Notes: generated by a model not told the origin, from the sequence alone. Positions 1-11,461 are shown, numbered from the stretch's first letter. The stretch is 64,000 nucleotides of DNA from Acidiferrobacter sp. (GCA_027449165.1 DAIDMD010000050.1:2792-66791), one strand, 5' to 3'. Program-made: numbers and translations.

Positions 1-75
1 GGGCGCGGCGGGGGCCTGCGCCCTCGTTTTTCGGCAAGGGTTCCGGTATCCTGCGGGCTTTTTTGGGGGTCGTTA

Positions 76-1174
76 GTGGACGATCAGGGGAGTATAGAGC
101 AGACTCTGCGGGAGCTTCGCGACCGCACGGCCGTGCTTCGGGGGTATCTTTGACATCGATGCCCGGGAAGAGCGCCTAGTCGAGGTCGAGCGCGAGCTCC
201 TCGACCAGCAGGTATGGGCCGACAGGACGCGTGCCCAGGAGCTGGGGCGGGAACGGGCGCGGCTGGCCGAGACAGTCGGCGCGATCCGCGGGATCGAGAC
301 GGGGCTTGCAGAGGCCGCAGAACTTTTTGCCATGGCGCGCGCCGAGGGCGATCAGGCCTTGGTGGACTCCATCGCCCGTGACGTGGCCGGGCTGCGGACG
401 CGCCTGGAGGCCCTCGAGTTCCGGCGGATGTTTCCCGGCGAAATGGACGGGGCCAACGCCTTTCTGGACATCCAGTCGGGATCCGGCGGGACCGAGGCCC
501 AGGACTGGGCGGAGATGTTGTTGCGCATGTATCTGCGCTATGGCGAGCGCCGCGGTTTCGCCACCGAGATCGTCGAGGTCTCGGCGGGCGAGGTGGCCGG
601 CATCAAGAGCGCCACGATCAAGTATACCGGCCCCTACGCGTTCGGTTACCTGCGCACGGAGACCGGCGTGCACCGACTCGTGCGCAAGTCGCCGTTCGAT
701 TCGGGCAACCGCCGGCACACCTCGTTTGCGTCGGTCTTCGTCTATCCTGAGATCGACGACGATATCGACATAGAGATCAATCCCGCCGATCTGCGGGTCG
801 ATACCTACCGCGCGAGCGGCGCCGGCGGCCAGCACGTGAACCGCACGGACTCGGCGGTGCGCATCACGCACGGTCCAAGCGGCATCGTCGTGCAGTGCCA
901 GACCGACCGCTCGCAACATAAGAACCGGTCGCAGGCCATGAAGATGCTGAAGGCCCGGCTCTACGAGCTCGAGATGCAAAAGAAGCGCGAGGCGCAGGAG
1001 CGGCTCGAGGAGAGCAAGTCGGACATCGGCTGGGGGAGCCAGATCCGCTCCTATGTGCTGGATCAATCGCGCATCAAGGATCTGCGTACCGGCGTCGAGA
1101 TTGCCAATACCCAGGCCGTCTTGGACGGCGATCTCGACCGGTTCATCGAAGCGAGTCTAAAGAGCGGGTTGTAA
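76..1174 (+). CDS. prfB: Peptide chain release factor 2, programmed +1 frameshift at CTT-TGA-C (148-154)
   Basis: GTG at 76 opens 25 codons ending GGGGG-TAT-CTT-TGA-C; the +1 frame joins ORF 332-1174, which carries the SPF and GGQ motifs. Confidence 0.97.
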
Positions 1175-1188
1175 AGGGGGAGGCGGGC

Positions 1189-2694
1189 GTGGAAGAAGGG
1201 CGAGACGGCATCGAGGCCACAGGGGACGAGGATCGTCATATCGCGCTGCGCCGCGAGAAACTCGAGGCCTGGCGGCGGGAGGGTGCCGCCTACCCCAACG
1301 ATTTTCGCCCCAACGGGCAGGCCGCGACGCTTCTCGCCCGTTATCGGGAGGCGCCGGAGGAGACCCTGGCCCTGGCCGGCGAGATACGCCTGGGCGGCCG
1401 GGTCATGACCAAGCGGGTGATGGGGCGCGTGAGCTTTTGCCACATCCAGGACGCGACCGGGCGCATACAGGTGTTCGTGGAGCGCGACGCGGTGGGTGCC
1501 GCCTACGAGGCCTTCAAGCGCTGGGACCTCGGAGACATCGTCGGGGTGACCGGGCGGCTGTTCCGGACGAAGACCGGGGAATTGAGCCTGCGCGCGGGCG
1601 CGTTGCGGTTGCTTACCAAGAACCTGCGCCCCTTGCCCGAGAAGTTCCATGGCCTCACGGACCAGGAGACCCGTTACCGCAAGCGCTATCTCGATCTCAT
1701 CGTCAATCCCGAGACCCGCGCGATCTTCGAGCGGCGCGAACGCATCGTCGCCTATCTGCGTGCCTTTCTGAAGGAGCGCGGCTTCAGCGAGGTGGAGACC
1801 CCGATGATGCAGCCGCTCGCGGGAGGTGCGACCGCCCGACCGTTCGTGACTCACCATAACGCGCTCGACATCCCGCTGTTCCTGCGGATCGCGCCCGAGC
1901 TCTATCTGAAGCGCCTGATCGTGGGAGGTTTCGAGCGTGTATTCGAGATAAATAGAAATTTCCGCAACGAGGGCCTGAGCACGCGCCACAATCCGGAATT
2001 CACGATGGTCGAGTTCTACCAGGCCTATGCCGATTATCGTGACCTCATGGATATGACCGAGGCCCTGCTACGCGGGCTTTGCGAGGAGATTCTGGGAACC
2101 ACGATGCTTACCTATCAGGGGGAGCGCTACGACTTCGGGGCACCGTTTGCCCGGCTGACGGTTGAGGAGGCGATCCGCCACTATCACCCGGATGCGCCGG
2201 CCGACCTGCGCGACGTGGCGGCGCTGAGCGGGTTCCTGGCCGCCAAGGGGTTGCCGGTCGAGGCCGGGCTCGAGGCGGGGGGACTGCAGATGACCCTGTT
2301 CGAAAAGACGATTGAGGGCCGGCTGGCGCAGCCCACCTTCATAACCGCCTATCCGGCGGAAGTCTCGCCGCTTGCGCGGCGCAACGATGCCGATCCGTTC
2401 GTGACCGACCGCTTCGAATTCTTCGTGGGCGGGCGGGAGATCGCCAACGGTTTCTCGGAGCTGAATGACCCCGAGGACCAGGCGCGGCGCTTCAGGCGTC
2501 AGGTCGAGCGGCGCGGGGACGGCGATGAGGAGGCCATGCATTACGACGCCGATTACATCGAGGCGCTCGAATACGGCATGCCGCCCACGGCCGGGGAGGG
2601 GATCGGCATTGATCGCCTGGTCATGCTGTTCACCGACGCCCCGAGTATTCGCGACGTGATCCTGTTTCCGCACATGCGCCCGCAGGGATCATGA
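1189..2694 (+). CDS. lysS: Lysyl-tRNA synthetase (class II)
   Basis: [17 protein letters not shown]...HNPEF and GIGIDRL motifs; follows prfB. Confidence 0.98.
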   Translation: MEEGRDGIEATGDEDRHIALRREKLEAWRREGAAYPNDFRPNGQAATLLARYREAPEETLALAGEIRLGGRVMTKRVMGRVSFCHIQDATGRIQVFVERDAVGAAYEAFKRWDLGDIVGVTGRLFRTKTGELSLRAGALRLLTKNLRPLPEKFHGLTDQETRYRKRYLDLIVNPETRAIFERRERIVAYLRAFLKERGFSEVETPMMQPLAGGATARPFVTHHNALDIPLFLRIAPELYLKRLIVGGFERVFEINRNFRNEGLSTRHNPEFTMVEFYQAYADYRDLMDMTEALLRGLCEEILGTTMLTYQGERYDFGAPFARLTVEEAIRHYHPDAPADLRDVAALSGFLAAKGLPVEAGLEAGGLQMTLFEKTIEGRLAQPTFITAYPAEVSPLARRNDADPFVTDRFEFFVGGREIANGFSELNDPEDQARRFRRQVERRGDGDEEAMHYDADYIEALEYGMPPTAGEGIGIDRLVMLFTDAPSIRDVILFPHMRPQGS

Positions 2695-3638
2695 CCGGGG
2701 TCCCTGTCGTGTTCCTCATGGGGCCGACAGGGGCGGGGAAGACCGCCACCGTGTTCGCGTTGAGCCGCCTGCTCGCGATCGAGGTCATCAGCGTCGATGC
2801 CGCGCAGATCTATCGGGGGCTCGACATCGGCACCGCCAAACCCACGTTGGCCGAGCGCCGCGCCCTGCCGCACCGCCTGATCGATATCCGCTCGGTGGCC
2901 GAGAGCTATTCGGCGGCGGCCTTTTGCGAGGACGCCCGGGGCGCGATTGATGCGGCCATGCGCCGTGGTCGCGTTCCGGTGCTGGCCGGCGGCAGCAGCT
3001 TTTATTTTCGGGCGCTGGAGCACGGGCTGCCCGATGTGCCGGCGGCCGATACGGCGATACGCGCGGCGTTGATGATCGAGCTGGCCGAGAAGGGCCTGCC
3101 GGCGCTGTATGCCGAGCTGGCCCGCCGCGACCCGCGGCGGGCCGGAGCCATCGCGCCGACCGATCCGCAGAGGATCGTGCGCGCGCTCGAGATCGTCCGG
3201 ACGGTCGGGCGGGTCCCGGAGGCCGCGGCCGCACCTCGGACCTTACATTGTCCCCTCCTGAAGTTCGCAGTGAATCCCCGCGAGCGCGGGGAGTTGCATC
3301 GGCGCATCGGGCTGCGTTTCAGGCATATGCTGACGCGCGGCCTCATAGAGGAGGCGGCGTGGCTGTTCGCGCAAGACCTGCCGGCCGGCGCCCCGGCGCT
3401 GCGGCTCGTAGGCTATCGGCAAGCGGGAGAATACCTGCGGGGCGAAATCCCGTATAATGGTCTCGTCGAGCAGGGCAGCGCGGCGACTCGGCAGCTTGCG
3501 AAGCGTCAGCTCACATGGTTGCGGGCCGATCCAGCGGTACGATGGCTGGACGGGGCAGGGCCCCGGGCGCCCGAGGTCTGCGCGGCGATGATACGGGATG
3601 CCGTGGGCGCCGTGCAGGATGACCTATATGCGGGCTGA
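2691..3638 (+). CDS. miaA: tRNA dimethylallyltransferase
   Basis: [26 protein letters not shown]; precedes hfq. Confidence 0.96.
   Translation: MTGVPVVFLMGPTGAGKTATVFALSRLLAIEVISVDAAQIYRGLDIGTAKPTLAERRALPHRLIDIRSVAESYSAAAFCEDARGAIDAAMRRGRVPVLAGGSSFYFRALEHGLPDVPAADTAIRAALMIELAEKGLPALYAELARRDPRRAGAIAPTDPQRIVRALEIVRTVGRVPEAAAAPRTLHCPLLKFAVNPRERGELHRRIGLRFRHMLTRGLIEEAAWLFAQDLPAGAPALRLVGYRQAGEYLRGEIPYNGLVEQGSAATRQLAKRQLTWLRADPAVRWLDGAGPRAPEVCAAMIRDAVGAVQDDLYAG
3453..3458 (+). promoter_or_regulatory. Putative internal sigma70 -10 box for hfq inside miaA
   Basis: Perfect TATAAT in a GC-rich CDS about 220 bp before hfq; hfq promoters inside miaA are known in enterobacteria. Confidence 0.45.
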
Positions 3639-3679
3639 TAAACGCCTCGGTAACGGAATAGAAGAACAGGAGAACTGTC

Positions 3680-3940
3680 ATGAGTCAGCATAGAGGGCAG
3701 GCTTTACAAGACCCTTATTTGAATGTTCTGCGTAAGGAACATGTGCCTGTTTCGGTCTTTTTGGTAAACGGCATCAAGTTACAGGGGCAAATCGAATCCT
3801 TCGACCAGTTCGTGGTCTTGTTGAAGAATACCGTGAGTCAGATGATTTATAAGCACGCCATCTCCACGGTGGTGCCCAGTCGTCCAGTCAAGTTCACATT
3901 CGACATGGACGACGCGGAAAAGGGGGTCGGCAACGAGTAA
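3680..3940 (+). CDS. hfq: RNA chaperone Hfq
   Basis: [24 protein letters not shown]. Confidence 0.98.
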   Translation: MSQHRGQALQDPYLNVLRKEHVPVSVFLVNGIKLQGQIESFDQFVVLLKNTVSQMIYKHAISTVVPSRPVKFTFDMDDAEKGVGNE

Positions 3941-5270
3941 TCTCCCGAGCCTGGGCGAGGCCGCGGGCCGCGAGCGCGCCGTTCTGGTGCATTTGCGGTT
4001 GGCGGACGCCGAGGAGCAAGAAGACATCGAGGAGTTGCGGCTGCTCGCGATCTCGGCGGGCGCAACGATCGTCGGGGTTGTGGAAGGGGCGCGCCAGCAG
4101 CCCGATAGCGCGACCTATGTAGGTTCGGGCAAGGCCGAGGAAGTACGCGCGCTGGTCGCGTCCACCGGTGCCGAACTCGTCTTGGTGAACGCGGCCCTGT
4201 CGCCCGGACAGGAGCGCAACCTGGAGAAGGCGGTGAGCGCGCGCGTCCTCGATCGGACCGGCCTCATACTCGACATCTTCGCGCAGCGCGCCCATTCCCA
4301 CGAGGGCAAGCTGCAGGTGCAGTTGGCTCAGCTCGAGCACCTCTCGACCCGGCTCGTGCGCGGATGGACCCACCTCGAACGCCAGAAGGGCGGGATAGGG
4401 CTGCGCGGCCCCGGCGAGACCCAGCTCGAAAGCGACCGCCGCATGATCGGCGAGCGTATCCGGGTTTTGCATAAGCGGCTCGACAAGGTGCGCAAGCAAC
4501 GGCTCATGCGCCGGCGCGCCCGCCAGCGCTCGGTGGTGCCGACGGTCTCTTTGGTCGGCTATACCAACGCCGGGAAGTCGTCGCTCTTCAACGTCTTGAC
4601 CGGCGCCGGCGTCTATACTGCCGACCGGCTGTTTGCGACCCTGGATCCGACCATGCGGCGCGTGGAACTCCCGGGGGCCGGCGCCATGATCCTTGCCGAC
4701 ACGGTCGGCTTCATCCGCCATCTCCCGCACGGCCTGGTCGCGGCGTTTCGCTCGACCCTGGAGGAGGTGCAGTTCGCGGACCTCCTTTTGCATGTGGTCG
4801 ATGCAAGCCATCCCGATCATCGCGCCTATGAGGAGCAGGTCGATCGTGTGCTGACGGAGATCGGCGCCGAGGATGTGCCGAGGCTCATCGTCATGAACAA
4901 GATCGACGTCGCGGATGACAAGCCGCGGATCGAGACCGATGGGTTCGGGCAGGCCATGCGGGTATTCGTCTCCGCACACACGGGGGCGGGCCTGGATGGG
5001 TTGCGGCATGCCATCCGTGAGCGACTCGGGCCGCAGCGGGTACGGGCCCTGGTCCGCATTCCGTTGGGTGAGGGCCGCCTGCGATCGCGTCTTTATGGGG
5101 CGGGAACCGTGCTCGGCGAGGTGGTTGAGGACGACACGCTGGTCATGACGATCGAGATGTCGCGCGAGGCGGGCCGCTGGGTGGCGGCCGAGCAGGGTGT
5201 GGAAGTCACCTTCATTAAGGCGTCGTCCGATGCAGGGCGGGGCCATGTCGGTGCGGGACAGACTAAATAG
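3933..5270 (+). CDS. hflX: Ribosome-associated GTPase HflX (start uncertain; probably non-canonical ACG 3933 or CTG 3951)
   Basis: [25 protein letters not shown]; conserved ERAVLVH begins upstream of the first GTG (3987). Confidence 0.93.
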   Translation, partial: TSNLPSLGEAAGRERAVLVHLRLADAEEQEDIEELRLLAISAGATIVGVVEGARQQPDSATYVGSGKAEEVRALVASTGAELVLVNAALSPGQERNLEKAVSARVLDRTGLILDIFAQRAHSHEGKLQVQLAQLEHLSTRLVRGWTHLERQKGGIGLRGPGETQLESDRRMIGERIRVLHKRLDKVRKQRLMRRRARQRSVVPTVSLVGYTNAGKSSLFNVLTGAGVYTADRLFATLDPTMRRVELPGAGAMILADTVGFIRHLPHGLVAAFRSTLEEVQFADLLLHVVDASHPDHRAYEEQVDRVLTEIGAEDVPRLIVMNKIDVADDKPRIETDGFGQAMRVFVSAHTGAGLDGLRHAIRERLGPQRVRALVRIPLGEGRLRSRLYGAGTVLGEVVEDDTLVMTIEMSREAGRWVAAEQGVEVTFIKASSDAGRGHVGAGQTK

Positions 5271-5398
5271 CGCAAGCGGCGGCCCTTGCAAACAAACAGC
5301 GTCCTCTTCCGCGGGTTCGGAAATGGCGAGGGGCGGGGATCGCGTAGGCGCCGCCCATGGTCTTTTGAGACTCGAGGCGGTACTCACAGCACCCCCCG

Positions 5399-6358
5399 TC
5401 AACGACCCCGGAACCCCTGGCGGTAGGCCGACGGTGAAATCCCGAATGCCGTCCGGAAATGCTGGCGCAGCGATACCGCCGATCCGAATCCCGTATCCGC
5501 CGCGATTACTTCGATGCGCCGATCGGTTGTCTCGAGAAGCCGTTGCGCCGATGCGAGCCGATGATTCAAAAGCCACTGGCCGGCCGTCGTACCCGTGACC
5601 TGCCGAAACTGGCGCGTGAAGGTGCGCCGGCTCATCCGGGCCCGCCTGGCGAGCACATCCAGGCCAAGCGGCTTGTCGATGTTTCGTTGTGCCCATTCGA
5701 GAACCCGCGATAAGCGCTCGCCGCCGTCAGCCGGCTCGGGCAGCGGGTGTTCGATGTATTGCGCCTGACCGCCCTGGCGGTGCAGCGGCACCACCATGCG
5801 GCGCGCCACATAGCCGGCCACCTGTGCGCCACACCACTTACGGAGCAAATGGAGACAGCAGTCGATGCCGGCCGCCGCGCCGGCCGAGGTCAGTAGGTTG
5901 CCGTCATCGACGTAGAGCACCTCGCGGTTTAAGCGCACCTTCGGGTGGCGGCGCGCGAAGGACTCGGCTGCCAGCCAGTGGGTCGTAGCCGGACGCCCCT
6001 CCAGCATGCCGGCTGCGGCCAGCACGAACGAACCGAGACAAAGCCCGACCAGGCACGCGCCGCGCGCCTTAGCCGCGCGCAGGGCATCGAGCAACGGCGC
6101 GGGCGGAGTTTCCTCCGGATCCCGCCACGTCGGCACAATGATCGTGTCGGCCCGACGGAGTTCTTCGAGACCATAGCGCGTACTCAGGGTGATGCCCGCC
6201 GAGGTCGACAGGGGACCGGGTTCGGCCGCACATACCCGCACATCGAACCGCGGGACACCCCCTGCGCTTCGGTCCTCACCGAATATCATCCCGGGTATCG
6301 ACAGATGGAACGGACTGATCCCGTGGAAGGCGATTACGGCAATGATCCGGTTTCCCAT
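5399..6358 (-). CDS. GlxA/FtrA-family regulator (DJ-1 domain plus AraC HTH)
   Basis: GLCLGSF, ATTHW, TSAGAAAGID, GGQAQY, C-terminal AraC signature. Confidence 0.92.
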   Translation of the reverse strand: MGNRIIAVIAFHGISPFHLSIPGMIFGEDRSAGGVPRFDVRVCAAEPGPLSTSAGITLSTRYGLEELRRADTIIVPTWRDPEETPPAPLLDALRAAKARGACLVGLCLGSFVLAAAGMLEGRPATTHWLAAESFARRHPKVRLNREVLYVDDGNLLTSAGAAAGIDCCLHLLRKWCGAQVAGYVARRMVVPLHRQGGQAQYIEHPLPEPADGGERLSRVLEWAQRNIDKPLGLDVLARRARMSRRTFTRQFRQVTGTTAGQWLLNHRLASAQRLLETTDRRIEVIAADTGFGSAVSLRQHFRTAFGISPSAYRQGFRGR

Positions 6359-6384
6359 GGCATTCTGGCCCGGTGCGTTCGGTA

Positions 6385-6419
6385 TGGCCCGATTCTATCG
6401 TATATTGGCATTCGGGCCA
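6385..6419. promoter_or_regulatory. Inverted pair of AdpA/GlxA-type operator half-sites
   Basis: TGGCCCGATT (6385-94) and ATTCGGGCCA (6410-19) both fit TGGCSNGWWY, between the divergent regulator and hydrolase. Confidence 0.6.
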
Positions 6420-6505
6420 CTATCGGGCGCGATCGGCGCCGGCGACAATGACGCATGGTGACCGGCAAGCCGCCGGCACCGCAGCGGATACCCTGAGGAG
6501 CCATC

Positions 6506-7156
6506 ATGTCCAAACCGCGACGCGCGCTTGTCGTGATCGACGTGCAAAACGACTACATCGATGGTGCCTTGCCCATCGAATATCCGGACGTCCGTGACTC
6601 GTTGTCAAATATCGGGAGGGCGATGGACGCGGCCCGCGCTGCGGCGATTCCAGTGGTTGTGGTGCAGCACACCGCACCGGCGGGTTCGCCCGCGTTCGCC
6701 AGGGGGTCGCCGGGCTGGGGGCTGCACGAGGTGGTCCGAACACGCCCCTATGACCATTGCATCGAGAAATCATCGCCCAGCGCCTTCGTCGGCACGGAAT
6801 TCAAGGCGTGGCTGAAGCGGCACCGGATCGGCGTCCTCACGATCGTGGGCTACATGACCCACAACTGCGTCGATTCCACCATCAAGCAGGCCGTGCAGGA
6901 AGGCTTCGCGGCGGAGTTTCTGGCCGATGCCGCCGGCGCGTTGTCGTACGACAACCGCGCGGGCGGGGCGAGCGCCGAGGAGCTGCATCGGGCGTTTGCG
7001 GTGGTCATGCAATCGCGTTTCGCAGCGGTCGCAAGCACAAGCGAGTGGATTGCGGCGCTGACCGCCGGCACGAAGTTGCCGGGCGACACGATCCATGCCT
7101 CCCATCGGCGCGCGCGGGGGCAGAACAGGATCAAGGGGAAACGGAAATATGGGTAA
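6506..7156 (+). CDS. Isochorismatase-family cysteine hydrolase
   Basis: ALVVIDVQNDY, IEK..PSAF, GYMTHNCV triad. Confidence 0.92.
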   Translation: MSKPRRALVVIDVQNDYIDGALPIEYPDVRDSLSNIGRAMDAARAAAIPVVVVQHTAPAGSPAFARGSPGWGLHEVVRTRPYDHCIEKSSPSAFVGTEFKAWLKRHRIGVLTIVGYMTHNCVDSTIKQAVQEGFAAEFLADAAGALSYDNRAGGASAEELHRAFAVVMQSRFAAVASTSEWIAALTAGTKLPGDTIHASHRRARGQNRIKGKRKYG

Positions 7157-7187
7157 ATCCTCCCATCGGCGCGCGCGGGGGCAGAAC
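7098..7187 (+). repeat. 29-bp exact direct repeat (7098-7126, 7159-7187)
   Basis: cctcccatcggcgcgcgcgggggcagaac occurs twice, 61 bp apart. Confidence 0.95.
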
Positions 7188-7685
7188 CCGTTGGTCGCGG
7201 CCCCCGGCGTGCGGCAACCGCTCCCGGCGCTTCGCCCGCTTGGGGCCGCTGACGCGGCGCGCATCGCAGGCTGGCCCGCCTATGTGGGCGAATTCGCGGA
7301 TCTCGACTACGCGCTTCGGCAAAACGGCTGGCTCCGGGAATTCCAGGACAAACCCGGCGTGCACGGTTTCGTTGCGGAGGAATCGGGGGAGCCGGTCGCC
7401 TTGACGATCCTGGCCCGGACGGGGGAGGCGCAAGCCGAGTTTCGCATTGCGCTGCGGGCCGACAAGATCGGTTCGGGGTTGGGAAGGGCGCTTGCCTGCG
7501 AAACCCTGGCCATGGGCTTTGATACACTGGGACTGTCGCGCATCCATCTTATCGTGCGCAAGACGAATCCCCGGGCCATCCGGTTGTACGAGCGGCTGGG
7601 TTTTGTGGCGCGGGGGGAGTGCCGCAAAAGTTTCAACGGCAAGCCGGTGCGGTTCCTGGTTATGGATCTGCGGAAGAATGCATAG
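7149..7685 (+). CDS. GNAT-family N-acetyltransferase
   Basis: IGSGLGRAL acetyl-CoA motif, NPRAIRLYERLGF; ATG overlaps upstream stop region. Confidence 0.82.
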   Translation: MGKSSHRRARGQNPLVAAPGVRQPLPALRPLGAADAARIAGWPAYVGEFADLDYALRQNGWLREFQDKPGVHGFVAEESGEPVALTILARTGEAQAEFRIALRADKIGSGLGRALACETLAMGFDTLGLSRIHLIVRKTNPRAIRLYERLGFVARGECRKSFNGKPVRFLVMDLRKNA

Positions 7686-7887
7686 AGCCCCGTTATGACA
7701 GGCGACATATGGTCACGGATGAGACCCAAGCCGAGGGGCGGTCCGCGGCCTGGAGGGCCAGGAAAGGTCCTTGACGGATGGCGCCGGGCGGCGCCTTATG
7801 AGAGCGTTTGGGCGCGGCGCATCCGCCCGCCACGCCTATCGGACGCGCAAGGGCGATGTCAGAGTTCTGGGAAGGGAGGAGATGGGA

Positions 7888-8370
7888 ATGGGGGTGGAGT
7901 TCGAATCGGCCGATAATCCGGGGGTCGTGGTGTGGCCGCCGCTGCTCTTTGCCGGCGTGGTGGGGGTGGTGCTGGCGCTCGATGGGTGGATGCCCTTGCC
8001 CCTACCCATGCTTTCCGGGTCTGTGGCCGGGGCTATCGGGACGGTCTTGCTCGCGGCAGGCGGCGGTCTCGACGCCGCAGGTCTGTGGACCATGAGGCGC
8101 GCCGGTACCCATGTGAGCCCCTCGCGCCCGGCGACCGCGCTTGTGGTCTCCGGGCCGTTTCGATTTTCGCGCAACCCGCTTTACGTGGGGATCTTCGTGC
8201 TGTTTATTGGTATGGCGTTCGCCAAAGACACCTTATGGGCCCTGATCGTGCTCGTGCCGCTTGCGCTCGTCGTGCATTACGGCGTGGTCCTGCGGGAAGA
8301 GCGCTATCTCGAGGCCAAGTTCGGCGAGGACTACCGGGCCTATTGCCGCGCGGTGCGCCGCTACCTGTGA
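7888..8370 (+). CDS. Isoprenylcysteine carboxyl/phospholipid methyltransferase family membrane protein
   Basis: LVVSGPFRFSRNPLY, REERYL..KFG.DY..Y...VRRYL; SD GGAGGA. Confidence 0.88.
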   Translation: MGVEFESADNPGVVVWPPLLFAGVVGVVLALDGWMPLPLPMLSGSVAGAIGTVLLAAGGGLDAAGLWTMRRAGTHVSPSRPATALVVSGPFRFSRNPLYVGIFVLFIGMAFAKDTLWALIVLVPLALVVHYGVVLREERYLEAKFGEDYRAYCRAVRRYL

Positions 8371-8411
8371 CGGAATGGCGGGCCTGCGGCGGGCGCGCGC
8401 CGCGCCTTCGG

Positions 8412-9332
8412 CTATTCGCCGGGGCCGTGGCTGCGAGACGCGCCTTCCCGAGTGATGTAATCCAGAAAGGCCCGCGCCACCGGGCTGATCTGTTTCGTGG
8501 ATGGATAGATCACGTACCACTGGCGCCGTAGCGGGAAGCCGCGCACGTCGAGAACGGCGAAGGCGCCGGAGGCGGCGTCCAGAGTCAGCGTGTGTCCGGA
8601 CAGGACCGCAAGACCCAAGCCGCCGGCCACGGCCTGCTTCACGGCTTCGTTACTCCCGAGCGTCATGCGGATTCTAAGGCGCACGCCGTACTTTTCAAAA
8701 AAACGCTCAGCGGCAAGCCGCGTCCCCGAGCCCGGTTCACGCATGATGAACGGTTCGCCAGCCAAGCGCTCGGGCGCGATGTCGCGCTGCGCGGCGAGCG
8801 GATGGTCGGCCGGCGCGAGCAGGACCAGCGGATTTTCCATGAATGGCTGCGCGACCACGCTCATGTGGTCGGGCGCCTGCCCCATAATGTAGAGATCGTC
8901 CAGGTTCTGCTTTAGGCGCTCGATGAGTTGATCGCGGTTCGCGACCTCCAGGGTCGCCTCTATCCCCGAATGAAGTTTGCAGAACGCCCCCAGGAAATGG
9001 GGCGCGAAATATTGCGCGGTGGTGATTATGGAGAGCCTCAGGCTGCCGCGTTCCAGGGCCTGGCCGGCGGCGAGATCCGCCGAGAGCTGCTCGATACGGT
9101 GGAAGACGTCCTGCGCCGCCGCGTAGACGAGCTGCCCGGTCTCAGTCAGATAGAGCCGTTTGCCGATCTGTTCGTGGAGGGGGGCCCCCACGGTTCCCGC
9201 CAACTGTTTGATCTGTATGGATAATGCGGGCGCCGTCATATGCAGCTCTTCGGCGGCGCGCGTCATGTTCAGGTGGCGCGCGAGCGACATGAAGATCTTC
9301 AGCTGGTGCAGCGTGACCCGGCGTAACGGCAT
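8412..9332 (-). CDS. cbbR: LysR-type regulator of carbon fixation CbbR
   Basis: LysR HTH, REPGSGTR; divergent from cbbL. Confidence 0.93.
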   Translation of the reverse strand: MPLRRVTLHQLKIFMSLARHLNMTRAAEELHMTAPALSIQIKQLAGTVGAPLHEQIGKRLYLTETGQLVYAAAQDVFHRIEQLSADLAAGQALERGSLRLSIITTAQYFAPHFLGAFCKLHSGIEATLEVANRDQLIERLKQNLDDLYIMGQAPDHMSVVAQPFMENPLVLLAPADHPLAAQRDIAPERLAGEPFIMREPGSGTRLAAERFFEKYGVRLRIRMTLGSNEAVKQAVAGGLGLAVLSGHTLTLDAASGAFAVLDVRGFPLRRQWYVIYPSTKQISPVARAFLDYITREGASRSHGPGE

Positions 9333-9530
9333 AGATATATCAAGATTTAATATGCGGTCTAGTGACTTTCATTTAACTAAAACGTAGGTCGCTTGTAAAG
9401 CCCTTCTCCCCGACCGAGTCGGGCAGGGCCGCACCCGGCCGCCGGCCTCGGCGGATGGGCGTACGGGCGCGTCGCGTTGAGCATTATGTATTAGTAAAAC
9501 ATAACATTAAGTTTTTTTTACTTGGCCTTA
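9331..9530. promoter_or_regulatory. cbbR-cbbL divergent promoter region with LysR T-N11-A boxes
   Basis: AT-rich blocks 9331-9385 and 9482-9530; TAG-N7-TAA (9492-9504) and TAA-N7-TTA (9508-9520). Confidence 0.6.
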
Positions 9531-9604
9531 TGGCTCGGTCTTTGTACATTGGGCGCCCTATGCCGCTTTGCAGGTCGCACTGATCGTTACTTTTAGGAGG
9601 ATCT

Positions 9605-11023
9605 ATGGCTGGTAAATATGAAGCCGGCGTCAAGGAGTACCGCCAGACGTACTGGGCTCCTGACTACGTGCCTTTGGACTCGGATATTTTGGCGTGTTTC
9701 AAAATCGTGCCCCAGCCCGGCGTCGACCGGGAAGAGGCGGCGGCGGCCGTGGCGGCCGAGTCCTCCACGGGCACTTGGACGACGGTCTGGACCGACCTGC
9801 TGACCGATCTCGATTATTACAAGGGCCGCGCCTACCGGATCGAGGACGTCCCGGGCGACGATACCGCATTCTACGCCTTTGTCGCCTACCCGATCGACCT
9901 CTTCGAGGAGGGGTCGGTGGTGAACGTGTTCACTTCACTCGTGGGCAACGTGTTCGGGTTCAAGGCCGTGCGCGCCCTGCGTCTGGAGGACGTGCGCTTC
10001 CCCCTCCACTACGTCATGACTTGCAACGGCCCGCCGCACGGCATCCAGGTCGAGCGCGACAAGATGGACAAGTACGGCCGCCCGATGCTCGGCTGCACGA
10101 TCAAGCCGAAGCTCGGCCTGTCGGCCAAGAATTACGGCCGCGCGGTCTACGAGGCCCTGCGCGGCGGTCTCGATTTCACCAAGGACGACGAGAACGTCAA
10201 CTCCCAGCCGTTCATGCGCTGGCGCGACCGTTTCCTGTTCGTCGCCGAGGCCATTCACAACGCCGAGGCCCAGACCGGCGAGCGCAAGGGCCATTACCTG
10301 AACGTCACCGCGCCGTCTCCGGAGGAGATGTACGAGCGCGCCGAGTTCGCCAAGGAACTGCGCATGCCCATCATCATGCACGACTTCCTGACCGGCGGCT
10401 TCTGCGCCAACACCGGGCTTGCGCGCTGGTGCCGCAAGAACGGCCTCCTGCTGCACATCCACCGGGCCATGCACGCGGTCATCGACCGCAATCCGCACCA
10501 CGGTATCCACTTCCGGGTGCTGACCAAGGCGCTGCGCCTGTCGGGCGGCGATCATCTCCATACCGGCACGGTGGTCGGCAAGCTCGAGGGCGACCGCGCG
10601 TCGACGCTCGGCTGGATCGATCTCTTGCGCGAATCCTATGTGCCGGAAGACCGCAGCCGCGGGATCTTCTTCGACCAGGACTGGGGTTCCATGCCGGGTG
10701 CCTTTGCGGTGGCCTCGGGCGGCATCCATGTCTGGCACATGCCGTCTTTGCTGGCCATTTTCGGCGACGACGCCGTGTTCCAGTTCGGCGGCGGTACTCT
10801 GGGCCATCCGTGGGGTAACGCGGCCGGCGCGGCGGCCAATCGCGTGGCCCTGGAGGCCTGTGTCGAGGCGCGCAACCGGGGTGTGGATGTCGAGAAGGAA
10901 GGCAAGGCCATATTGACGAACGCGGCGCGCCACTCGCCCGAGCTCAAGATCGCCCTGGAGACATGGAAGGAAATCAAGTTCGAGTTCGATACCGTCGACA
11001 AGCTCGACGTCCAGAACCGCTAA
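9605..11023 (+). CDS. cbbL: RubisCO form IA (carboxysomal) large subunit
   Basis: [36 protein letters not shown]. Confidence 0.99.
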   Translation: MAGKYEAGVKEYRQTYWAPDYVPLDSDILACFKIVPQPGVDREEAAAAVAAESSTGTWTTVWTDLLTDLDYYKGRAYRIEDVPGDDTAFYAFVAYPIDLFEEGSVVNVFTSLVGNVFGFKAVRALRLEDVRFPLHYVMTCNGPPHGIQVERDKMDKYGRPMLGCTIKPKLGLSAKNYGRAVYEALRGGLDFTKDDENVNSQPFMRWRDRFLFVAEAIHNAEAQTGERKGHYLNVTAPSPEEMYERAEFAKELRMPIIMHDFLTGGFCANTGLARWCRKNGLLLHIHRAMHAVIDRNPHHGIHFRVLTKALRLSGGDHLHTGTVVGKLEGDRASTLGWIDLLRESYVPEDRSRGIFFDQDWGSMPGAFAVASGGIHVWHMPSLLAIFGDDAVFQFGGGTLGHPWGNAAGAAANRVALEACVEARNRGVDVEKEGKAILTNAARHSPELKIALETWKEIKFEFDTVDKLDVQNR

Positions 11024-11062
11024 TTTCCCAGATCAGACACGTTTACGAGTAAGGAGGTCGCC

Positions 11063-11395
11063 ATGGCCGATGTGCAAGAGTACAAGCAAACCCGCCGGTA
11101 CGAGACGTTTTCGTATCTTCCCCCGTTGTCCGCGGAGCAGGTTCGGGCGCAGATCCAGTACATCATCTCGCAGGGCTGGAACCCGGCGGTGGAACATATA
11201 GAGCCCAACCGGCCCTATACCTATTACTGGTACATGTGGAAGCTGCCGATGTTCGGGGAGCGCAATGCCGACGCGGTGCTGGCGGAGATCGAGGCCTGCC
11301 GACGGGAGTATCCGAATCATTCTATTCGCCTGATCGGGTACGACAACTACACCCAAAGCCAGGGGCTGTCGTTCGTGGTGCATCGGGGTTCCTAA
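11063..11395 (+). CDS. cbbS: RubisCO small subunit
   Basis: [20 protein letters not shown]. Confidence 0.99.
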   Translation: MADVQEYKQTRRYETFSYLPPLSAEQVRAQIQYIISQGWNPAVEHIEPNRPYTYYWYMWKLPMFGERNADAVLAEIEACRREYPNHSIRLIGYDNYTQSQGLSFVVHRGS

Positions 11396-11461
11396 GACGC
11401 GACGAGATCAACGGGCCGGGTTCGGGCAGCCGCCGGACCACGGGCCCTCTAGGGGGACACT

